Positions 56,693 through 64,000 of a stretch of 64,000 nucleotides of DNA are shown in pieces. Positions within the stretch are counted from its first letter, which is position 1, and each line of letters opens with the position of its first letter. The stretch is from assembly GCA_965203445.1 (NCBI GenBank), contig OZ241883.1:1088001-1152000 (forward strand), written 5' to 3'. The position numbers were made by a program, and so were the translations under genes. The DNA comes from Candidatus Oxydemutator sp. GTDB taxonomy: Bacteria > Pseudomonadota > Gammaproteobacteria > Poriferisulfidales > Oxydemutatoraceae. The notes below the pieces were generated by a model. That model worked only from the letters and a program-made list of their open reading frames with translations, did not search any database and was not told the origin of the DNA.

Positions 56693-57304
56693 TTGCGCCG
56701 GCTGTTTTCTGAGGCCGCGTTGGTCTTCGGGGTCGCGGCGGCGGCGGCGGTCGCCTCGTCGGAGGCGTTGCGGGAGCCGATGCTGTTCAACGCCGCGTTG
56801 GTCGGCGCGGGTGAATGGTGGCGGGTGTTGACCGGTAATTTCGCCCACCTGAACGGGCGCCACTTGGCGCTCGACTTGCTTGCCTGGCTGTTGATTTTTC
56901 TTATCGGGCGCGCGTGGATGGGCGTCGCCGCCTGGATTTTTTATCTCGTCGTCGGCTGTTTGGCGGTATCCGCCTGCCTGTACTGGTTCGCTCCCGAGAA
57001 CGCGTTTTTCGGCGGATTGTCGGGCGCGTTGCACGGTCTTTTCGCGGTGATCGCGTTGCAGCAGCTGCGCGACGGCGAACGCCTGGGGCTTGTGCTGCTG
57101 GCGTTGCTCGCGGCCAAGCTGGCGTACGAGGGATACTACGGAAGCACCGTCGGCACCTCGGCGTTTATCGGCGTGCCGGTGGCCGCCGAGACTCATCTTT
57201 ATGGCGTGGCCGGCGCCGTCCTGTTCTTTTTGCTGGCGCGTCTGCCCGCCTGGCTGAAGGGAGGGGGAAGCGGCCGCCCGGGCCGCGGCCTCGGAGCGGC
57301 ATAG
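56693..57304 (+). CDS. Rhombosortase (rhomboid-family intramembrane protease)
   Basis: GEWWRVLTGNFAHLN..HL, catalytic GLSGALHG, K...E, HLYG; start approximate. Confidence 0.85.
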   Translation: MRRLFSEAALVFGVAAAAAVASSEALREPMLFNAALVGAGEWWRVLTGNFAHLNGRHLALDLLAWLLIFLIGRAWMGVAAWIFYLVVGCLAVSACLYWFAPENAFFGGLSGALHGLFAVIALQQLRDGERLGLVLLALLAAKLAYEGYYGSTVGTSAFIGVPVAAETHLYGVAGAVLFFLLARLPAWLKGGGSGRPGRGLGAA

Positions 57305-57307
57305 TGT

Positions 57308-57340
57308 AAAAAGCCCGGCCACGAGAAACGTGGCCGGGCT
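57308..57340 (-). terminator. Rho-independent terminator, possibly bidirectional
   Basis: 12-bp stem AGCCCGGCCACG/CGTGGCCGGGCT with A-run on the left; lies between convergent genes. Confidence 0.8.
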
Positions 57341-57363
57341 GCAAAGTCCGTCAGTGCGGGGAC

Positions 57364-57720
57364 TTATATCTTCTTTTTGGCGGTGCGCCTCTTCTTGGTG
57401 GTGCGTTTTTTCTTGGGCGCCGCTCTTTTTTTCTTGACGGTACGTTTTTTCTTGGGCGCCGCTCTTTTTTTCTTGACGGTGCGTTTTTTCTTGGGCGCCG
57501 CTCTTTTTTTCTTGACGGCGCGTTTTTTCTTGGGTGCCGCTCTTTTTTTCTTGACGGTGCGTTTTTTCTTGGGTGCCGCCTTCTTGCGCACGGTGCGCTT
57601 CTTACGCGTGGCTTTGCGCTTCGGCGCCGCCCGCTTCACGGCACGTTTTTTTGCCGGTCTGCGTTTGACCGCGGACTTCTTTTTGACAAGTCGCTTTTTG
57701 GTGCGTCTTTTAATGGCCAT
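57364..57720 (-). CDS. Histone H1-like Lys/Arg-rich repeat protein
   Basis: GGAGG RBS; MAIKRRTKKR... with tandem 13-aa VKKKRAAPKKKRT units. Confidence 0.8.
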   Translation of the reverse strand: MAIKRRTKKRLVKKKSAVKRRPAKKRAVKRAAPKRKATRKKRTVRKKAAPKKKRTVKKKRAAPKKKRAVKKKRAAPKKKRTVKKKRAAPKKKRTVKKKRAAPKKKRTTKKRRTAKKKI

Positions 57721-57800
57721 CAATACCTCCTTGATAACGTTGTTGGTGATGGATCTGACGGGGCCGCCAAGACGCGGCGGCACACGTTCTTTTGAAAAGT

Positions 57801-57988
57801 GAGATAACTCCGTAGAAGTCGTCGTCCTCCGACGTCCTTTGACCATGAGGTCCAAGGAAGGGTCGGCCCGCCGTCTTCAGGCTTCTCATCCACGTGAGCA
57901 TGCGCACCGACGGCGGGAGTAACCCCTTTTTTCAAGAAGTACGGTAAAGGATTATTCAGGGGACTAACGAGTATCACAGAGTTATCTC
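57801..57988 (-). ncRNA. ssrS: 6S RNA
   Basis: Directly downstream of zapA; closing stem GAGATAACTCTGT/ACGGAGTTATCTC; motifs AGTCCCCTGA, GGTGCGCATGCTC, GAGAAGCCT, CCTTGGACC...GGTCAAAGG match gammaproteobacterial 6S. Confidence 0.85.
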
Positions 57989-58300
57989 AAGACTTTTAGA
58001 ATCGTCGCGGCTGCGTCGGGGCGACGGGGGGCTTTGTCTGCTTTCGACGAGCCGCGTCAGGCGTTTGATTTTTTGTTCCAATTCGCGCCGTATGCTCAAT
58101 AGCCTGGCCGCGAGGTTAAGTGCCGTGATTGCTATGACTTTTTCGTTATCGGTAGTGGTGACGGCCTGCTTCATTTCGGCGGCCTGCTCGTTGAGATAAC
58201 GCGCCGCGTCGTGCACGGTTTTTTCCTCGTGCGGCGCGCAGGCTATCAGGTATTCCCTGCCCATGAGCTTGATCTCGACGTTCGCGTAATTTTCGCTCAT
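57974..58300 (-). CDS. zapA: Cell division protein ZapA
   Basis: IKLMGREYLIAC, AARYLNEQ, IAITALNLA; synteny with pepP-ubiH and 6S RNA. Confidence 0.88.
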   Translation of the reverse strand: MSENYANVEIKLMGREYLIACAPHEEKTVHDAARYLNEQAAEMKQAVTTTDNEKVIAITALNLAARLLSIRRELEQKIKRLTRLVESRQSPPSPRRSRDDSKSLEITL

Positions 58301-58319
58301 CGGTGAATCAGATTCGGCG

Positions 58320-58550
58320 TCAGGGTTTCTCGATCAGGCGCAGACGTTCGAGCAACGCCTCGATCTTGTGCTGCACACGTTGGTTGGCCTCGGTGAGAGC
58401 TCTGTTTGCAGAGACCAGGTTTTGGTGATCACGGCGCAGGGTTTCGTTTTCCTCGACCAGCTTGGCGTGCTCCGCGAGCAGCTTTTCCAGTCCTCGCTCG
58501 AGCTCGGCCAGCGAATCGAGTTTTTCATGAACAGTGTCAGACTGATTCAT
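58320..58550 (-). CDS. ZapB-like (TIGR02449-type) coiled-coil protein
   Basis: Heptad coiled coil, L.EEN..LR, KIEALLERL; upstream of zapA. Confidence 0.75.
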   Translation of the reverse strand: MNQSDTVHEKLDSLAELERGLEKLLAEHAKLVEENETLRRDHQNLVSANRALTEANQRVQHKIEALLERLRLIEKP

Positions 58551-58793
58551 GGGCTGCAATGGTAGTATATTTTCTGCAATGGTCAAGTAATAAAAATAAA
58601 AAAATTTTTCCTCGATACGCTACACTCCGATCATCAAAACGGCGACGCTCGACCGCACGCCTCGAGGCCTCCGGACGAATCGGACGCGACGTCACCGTGC
58701 TTTTTGTAACATTATGAAATAAAATGAAAAAAGAACGCCGCGCGTGATCGCTGTACGATCGTGCTCGCAGTGGTATCGTAGCGTTCTCAGCGT

Positions 58794-60122
58794 TTGGAAA
58801 CCGGGATGGAAGAAAAAAACATCGAACGCGCAAACGCCGAATTTCGGAAGCGTCGGCGTCGCCTCCTGCGTCAAATCGGGCGCGACGCCCTGTTGTGCCT
58901 GCGCGCCGCTCCCGGCAGAATCTACGCCGGCGACGTTCTCTATCCGTACCGCCAGCACAGTGATTTCGCGTATCTGACCGGTCTGTCGGAAGACGGGATG
59001 ATCGCGGTCTTCGCCCCCGCTTGCGAGCACGGCGACTACCTCCTCTTTTGCACGCCGAACGACGACGCGCGCGTGATCTGGGAAGGCAGGCGCGTTGGTC
59101 TGCGCGGCGCGGTGCGTGACCACGGCGTGGACCTCGCGCTGCCGTTGCAGGATTTTTCCGAATGGTTGCCGCGTTTGCTTGCCGGACGCCGGCGGCTTTA
59201 TTGCGACCTGGAGGACGCGGCGCACGTGGCTGATCTGGCCACCGCCTGCACCCGTGCGCGCGGCGCCGCGCGCGGCGCCGCGGCGCCGCGCGAATTGGTG
59301 GACGCCGGCGTGCCGTTGCACGAGATGCGGCTCAAGAAATCGCCGTTCGAGTTGCGCCTGATGCGCCGCGCCGTCGAAATTTCCGTCGCGGCGCACCGGC
59401 GCGCGTGGCGTTTTTGCCGTGCCGGCGCGTCCGAACGCGAAGTCGCCGCCGAGTTGCTGCATGAGTTTCACGCCAACGGCGCGGTGGCGGCGTACCCGCC
59501 GATAGTCGGCGGTGGTGCCAACGCCTGCGTGTTGCATTACACCGCCAACGAGGACCTTTTGAAAGACGGCGATCTGCTGCTGATAGACGCCGGTGCCGAA
59601 TACCAGCTGTACGCCGGCGACGTGACGCGCGTGATCCCGGTCAACGGACGTTTCCGCCCGGCGCAGCGCGAACTGTATGAGATGGTGCTCGAGGCGCAGC
59701 GCGAGGCGATAGCGCGCGCCGTCGTCGGCAACACCTGGGCCGAGGTCGACGCCGCGGCCGCGGCCTCGTTGACGCGCGCCCTCGCCGCCGCCGGTCTGCT
59801 GCGCGGGCGTCCGGACGTGCTGCTGAAGAAACGCGCCTACACGCGCTTTTACATGCACGGCATCGGCCATTGGCTGGGCCTGAACGTGCACGACGTCGGC
59901 GACTATCGGCGCGCCGGGCGCCCTCGCCGTTTCGAGCCGGGCATGGTGCTGACGATAGAGCCGGGTGTGTACGTGCGTCCGGCGCGCGACGTCGCAAGGC
60001 GCTGGTGGAACACCGGCATCCGCATCGAGGACGACGTATTGATCACCGCGCGCGGGCCGCAAGTGCTGAGCGCGGCGCTGCCGAAAGAGGCCGGGCAGAT
60101 CGAGGCGGCGATGGCGCGATGA
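58794..60122 (+). CDS. pepP: Xaa-Pro aminopeptidase
   Basis: YRQHSDFAYLTG, LIDAGAE, GDVTR, HGIGHWLGLNVHDVG, TIEPGVY, GIRIEDD. Confidence 0.93.
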   Translation: METGMEEKNIERANAEFRKRRRRLLRQIGRDALLCLRAAPGRIYAGDVLYPYRQHSDFAYLTGLSEDGMIAVFAPACEHGDYLLFCTPNDDARVIWEGRRVGLRGAVRDHGVDLALPLQDFSEWLPRLLAGRRRLYCDLEDAAHVADLATACTRARGAARGAAAPRELVDAGVPLHEMRLKKSPFELRLMRRAVEISVAAHRRAWRFCRAGASEREVAAELLHEFHANGAVAAYPPIVGGGANACVLHYTANEDLLKDGDLLLIDAGAEYQLYAGDVTRVIPVNGRFRPAQRELYEMVLEAQREAIARAVVGNTWAEVDAAAAASLTRALAAAGLLRGRPDVLLKKRAYTRFYMHGIGHWLGLNVHDVGDYRRAGRPRRFEPGMVLTIEPGVYVRPARDVARRWWNTGIRIEDDVLITARGPQVLSAALPKEAGQIEAAMAR

Positions 60123-61354
60123 AGGGCGAGGGCGCCGTGGCCGACTTTGACGTCGTGGTCGTCGGTGGCGGCTTGGCCGGATCGGCGGCGGCGTTGGCCG
60201 CGTCGGCGGCCGGCGTGCGTTGTGCGATCATCGAGCCGCGCGACGTCGCCGCGGCGGCGAACGTGCCGTTGCGCGCGCTCGCGTTGTCGGCGGTCAGCCG
60301 GCGCATTCTTGACCACGTGGGCGCGTGGCGCGCGTTGCGCGAACGCGCGTGTCCGGTGCGCAAGATCCACGTGTCCGAGCAGGGGGTTTTCGGCGTGACT
60401 CGGATATGCGCGCGGCAGGAGGGACTGGACGCGCTCGGATACGTGGTCACCGCCGCCGACTTGATGCACGCGCTGCACCGGTCGCTGGCCGCGGCGCCCG
60501 CGATGACCGTGCTCTCCCCGGCGCGCGCCGAACGCGTCGAGCGCGATGCCGATTGCGTCCACGTCTCGGTCGCTGACGGCGGCGGCGCGCGCCGCCTGCG
60601 CGCGCGCTTGCTGGTGCTGGCCGACGGCGGCGCGTCGGATTTCTCGCGACGGCTGGGTTTCGAGCCGCGCACCAGGGATTACCGGCAGGTCGCGGTCGTC
60701 GCCGCGGTCGAAACCGACGAGGACGGCGGCGAGCACGTCGCCTATGAACGCTTCACTCCGAACGGCCCGCTCGCGGTGTTGCCGGTCGGCGGCCGTGCGC
60801 GCGTGGTCGCGTGGGTACACCCCGAGGCCGCGGCCGCCGAAGTCGCGGCCCTGCCGGACGCCGATTTCATCGCGCGTCTGCAACGGGTGCTGGGGAGGCG
60901 TCTCGGCCGCCTGGCGAATCCGGGGGAGCGTTTCGTCTATCCGCTGACGTTGCGCCGTGCGCCCGGCATGGCGCGCGATCGCGTCGTGCTGTTGGGCGAC
61001 GCCGCGCACCGCGTGCATCCGGTCGCCGGGCAGGGCTACAATCTGACGTTGCGCGACGTGGCTTTTCTGTCGCAGTGCGCGGCGGACGCCGGCGACGTCG
61101 GCGCGCGTGCGGTGCTCGACGCGTACCAGGCGTGCAGGACGCGCGACGTGCGCCGCGTGGTGCGCTTCACCGACGCGCTCGCCACGGCCTTTGTAAAACC
61201 CGGCAGGAGCGCGGCGTGTCTGCGTGGCGCCGCTCTCGTCGCGCTCGATCTGCTGCCGCCGTTGCGCCGCGCCATCGTGCGTCGCAGCCTCGGTCTGGCG
61301 CCGCCGTGGCCGCGTCTCGCCGGTGTTCCGCCGGTCACAGCCGATGCGGCCTGA
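60119..61354 (+). CDS. ubiH: 2-octaprenyl-6-methoxyphenol hydroxylase
   Basis: GGGLAG, IHVSEQG.FG, LGYVV, AYERFT..GPLA.LP, GDAAH..HPVAGQGYNL.LRD; follows pepP. Confidence 0.9.
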   Translation: MKGEGAVADFDVVVVGGGLAGSAAALAASAAGVRCAIIEPRDVAAAANVPLRALALSAVSRRILDHVGAWRALRERACPVRKIHVSEQGVFGVTRICARQEGLDALGYVVTAADLMHALHRSLAAAPAMTVLSPARAERVERDADCVHVSVADGGGARRLRARLLVLADGGASDFSRRLGFEPRTRDYRQVAVVAAVETDEDGGEHVAYERFTPNGPLAVLPVGGRARVVAWVHPEAAAAEVAALPDADFIARLQRVLGRRLGRLANPGERFVYPLTLRRAPGMARDRVVLLGDAAHRVHPVAGQGYNLTLRDVAFLSQCAADAGDVGARAVLDAYQACRTRDVRRVVRFTDALATAFVKPGRSAACLRGAALVALDLLPPLRRAIVRRSLGLAPPWPRLAGVPPVTADAA

Positions 61355-62546
61355 ACCGCCGACGGCAGTCGTCGGCGGCGGCGTCATCGGCCTGGCGTGC
61401 GCGGCCAGACTGGGATTGGACGGGCGTCGCGTGCTGCTGTTCGCGTCGCGACCGCGCGCCGTCGCGACCGACGCCGATGCTCCCTATACTCCGAGAACCT
61501 ACGCGCTGAACGCCGCCGCGTGCGCGTTTCTCGATTCCATCGGCGTGCTCGGGTCGCTGGCACGCTACGAGCGCTTTTGCGCGCTCGAGGTATGGGACGC
61601 CGAAGGCGGCGGGCGCATTCGCTTCGACGCGGCGGGTATCGGCGCCTCGCATCTGGGGCTGGTCGTCGAACACGCGCATTTGTCGCGGGCCTTGTTCACG
61701 CGCCTCGATGCGCTGGCGTGCGTCGAGCGTATCGAAGCGCGCCCGGCGGCGTATGCGCGGGCCGCGGCCGCGCATACGCACGGCGCGCCCCGTGGCCGGC
61801 GTATCTTCTTCGACGCGGGCGAGCGCGACGTGGGGGTGATCATCGGCGCCGACGGTGCGCGCTCCCGGGTGCGCGAATGGATGGGGGTGGGGTGGCGCGC
61901 GTGCGACTATCGGCAGACCGCGCTGGCCGCCGTCGTGCGCACCGAGATCGGGCACGAGGCCACCTGCTGGCAGTGCTTTTCGCGCGACGGTATCGTCGCG
62001 TTTCTGCCGTTGGCTGAGCGCGTCTGCGCGGTGGTCTGGTCGTGCCCGCGCGCGCTGGCCGGCGAGATCCTGGGCACGGGCGGGGACGCGGGCGCTTCTT
62101 TCGAGAGGCGTCTGGAACGCGCCTTCGGCGGGCGTCTCGGCGGCGTCGAACTCGTGTCCGAGGTCGCCTCGTTCCCGCTCTACGGCGGCATCGCCCGCGA
62201 CTACGTGCGCCCGGGTTTTGCGCTGGTCGGCGACGCCGCCCACGGCGTGCATCCGCTGGCGGGGCAGGGCGCGAACCTGGGTTTCGCCGACTTGGCGGCT
62301 TTGTTCGAGGCGCGCGAACAAAGCCGCGCCGCGGCCTTCTCGTGGCCGGTGTTGCGCCGTTATCAGAGAAGCGTCAAGGCGCGCAACTGGTGCATGAAGA
62401 CCGGGCTGGAAGCGCTGCTGTGGTTGTTCTCGCACCGCCGGGGCGCGGTGGTCGCGACGCGCAGCGCCGGTCTGGATTGCAGCGACCGTATCGCGCCGTT
62501 GAAGAGTTTCTTTATGCGCGTCGCCGGTGGCGCGCCACTCGGGTGA
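61344..62546 (+). CDS. ubiI: UbiI/VisC-family FAD-dependent hydroxylase
   Basis: GGGVIG, VWD, LG.VVE, GADGARSRVR, GDAAH..HPLAGQGANLG; follows ubiH. Confidence 0.8.
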   Translation: MRPEPPTAVVGGGVIGLACAARLGLDGRRVLLFASRPRAVATDADAPYTPRTYALNAAACAFLDSIGVLGSLARYERFCALEVWDAEGGGRIRFDAAGIGASHLGLVVEHAHLSRALFTRLDALACVERIEARPAAYARAAAAHTHGAPRGRRIFFDAGERDVGVIIGADGARSRVREWMGVGWRACDYRQTALAAVVRTEIGHEATCWQCFSRDGIVAFLPLAERVCAVVWSCPRALAGEILGTGGDAGASFERRLERAFGGRLGGVELVSEVASFPLYGGIARDYVRPGFALVGDAAHGVHPLAGQGANLGFADLAALFEAREQSRAAAFSWPVLRRYQRSVKARNWCMKTGLEALLWLFSHRRGAVVATRSAGLDCSDRIAPLKSFFMRVAGGAPLG

Positions 62547-62621
62547 CGGGCCGCCGCGGGTTTGTCCGGCTGTGCCCGGTTCTGCACGACCGCGACCGGG
62601 CGTCGTCGTCGTGCGCGCGGT

Positions 62622-63128
62622 TCAGCCGTCTTGCAGCGCCGCCAGCGCGCTCTCGTAGTCCGGTTCGTCGCTGATCTCGCCGACCAATTCGCCGTGCAGC
62701 ACCTGGTTGTGCTCATCGAGCACGACGACGGCGCGCGCGGTGATGCCGGCGAGCGGGCCGTCCTCTATCAGGACGCCGTAATCGCGCGCGAAATCGCGCG
62801 AGCGCATCATGGACAGCGCGACGACGTCTTCCAGCCCCTCGGCGTCGCAGAAACGGTGCATCGCAAAGGGCAGGTCGGCGGACACCACCAGGATTTTGGC
62901 GTGCTCCTGACGCGCCGCCGCGGTATCGAATCTTTTGGTCGAGGTCGCGCACACCGGCGTGTCGAGGCTCGGCACGATGCTGATCAGCTTTTTCGAACCG
63001 GGGAAGGATTCCAGCGTAAGATCCTCGAGTTCATGGTTCGTCAGTCTGAAGTCGGGCGCCTGCGAACCGTTCGCCGGCAACTCGCCGTTGGTGTGAACCT
63101 CCTTGCCTTGCAAGGTAATAATTGCCAT
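62622..63128 (-). CDS. tpx: Thiol peroxidase
   Basis: PSLDTPVC, SADLPFAMHRFC, EPDY. Confidence 0.95.
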   Translation of the reverse strand: MAIITLQGKEVHTNGELPANGSQAPDFRLTNHELEDLTLESFPGSKKLISIVPSLDTPVCATSTKRFDTAAARQEHAKILVVSADLPFAMHRFCDAEGLEDVVALSMMRSRDFARDYGVLIEDGPLAGITARAVVVLDEHNQVLHGELVGEISDEPDYESALAALQDG

Positions 63129-63438
63129 TACGCTTCCTCCATAGTGTCGGGTAACGGTGCGGGAATGCGCGCGCATTATACTAAAATGCAGGGGTGTGCA
63201 TGGGGAGCCGCGGGCGGCGCGCGGGAGAAGACGCTTTTTTATCCGATAACAAGCAGATATGCGAGTGTGGACGAGATCTCTGCCACGGGTTTTTGAACGT
63301 TTTGCGGCGTCGAACCCGCCGTCGCTTCTCGTACAATGCGCGTGTCCGCAAGGGCTTGGTTGCAGAGTGCGACGCGCGGGCGTCGTGGCGCGTCTTAGCG
63401 GACGGCGTGAACCACGGATACTCTATCGGAGGAGAACC

Positions 63439-63777
63439 ATGAGCGACAAGTACGAACAAGTATCGAAGTTTTTCGAGGAAGCCAGGACCAACGCGTCGTT
63501 GCGCGCGGCCCTGGCGCGGACCCGGAGCGAAGACGACGCGCTCGAGGTGGCCCGTCGTTTCGGCTATGAGTTCACCGAAGACGACGTGGCCGCGCTCAAG
63601 GAGCGGGTCGCCGTGCTGGACGAGGAGGAAATGGCGGACGTTTCCGGCGGTGATCCGCCGGGCGCCCCGATCACGCCCGTGGACTACGACGGGAGTTCCG
63701 CCTTCCAGAGTCTTTCGAGTGGTAGCCGCGGCAGATTGCTGAGAGGACTGCAAAGCTTTCGGTGCGGCCTGTCGTAG
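63439..63777 (+). CDS. Nif11-like leader peptide RiPP precursor
   Basis: GGAGGAG RBS; F.E....NASLR..L...A...GYEFT.DD...LDEEEMADVSGG leader followed by a 41-aa core. Confidence 0.8.
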   Translation: MSDKYEQVSKFFEEARTNASLRAALARTRSEDDALEVARRFGYEFTEDDVAALKERVAVLDEEEMADVSGGDPPGAPITPVDYDGSSAFQSLSSGSRGRLLRGLQSFRCGLS

Positions 63778-63861
63778 CGCCCCGCGTGGCGGTGCAGATT
63801 TCGGCCCTTGCATGGACGCCGGTCGCGGCGACGGTCTCGTAATAAAACAGGATGAACCGAT

Positions 63862-63890
63862 AAGCCCCCTTCTCGAAGGGGACTTTTCTT
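63862..63890 (+). terminator. Possible Rho-independent terminator
   Basis: ccccttctcgaagggg hairpin followed by actttt. Confidence 0.5.
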
Positions 63891-64000
63891 GTTCGTCGTG
63901 CCCGCCGCCTCGCGCTTCGTCATTTCCGCGAAAGCCGCAACCCGGCCACAAGACGGCGGCTCCGCCCCACGTCCGGCTGCCATAATTCTGTTACATTCGG

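Noticed and set aside
57377-57802. Hydrophobic plus-strand repeat ORF
   Set aside because: Antisense shadow of the Lys-rich gene, which has the RBS and terminator.
63915-63945. Degenerate GTCATTCCCGCGAAAGCGGGAATCC-like REP
   Set aside because: Single, poorly palindromic copy; cannot be supported from this window.

Overview
GC-rich, gammaproteobacterial-looking chromosomal window. In order it carries: (1) a low-GC two-gene cassette where nqrAB would normally sit, then nqrCDEF-apbE-nqrM; (2) a 7642-aa Calx-beta-like adhesin with six near-identical ~2.28-kb tandem units and a GlyGly-CTERM-like tail; (3) housekeeping genes (two sulfurtransferases, NUDIX, bolA, tatD, a CarH-like MerR regulator, dinB, an aspartic protease); (4) an O-antigen-ligase-like gene and a type II secretion cluster (gspCD, AB, E, F-N) followed by a rhombosortase; (5) a histone-like gene, 6S RNA, zapA, zapB-like gene, pepP-ubiH-ubiI, tpx and a Nif11-leader peptide precursor. 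The most striking feature lies between gspD and gspA. It is a 1371-bp element (43112-44482) with an intact-looking TnpB and no transposase, bounded by 25-bp terminal inverted repeats and an 8-bp target-site duplication. These are DDE/IS1595-type ends, not the IS200/IS605-type ends TnpB normally has. It interrupts a coiled-coil membrane-anchor gene whose reading frame is restored when the element is removed. All calls come from reading motifs by eye; no searches were run.
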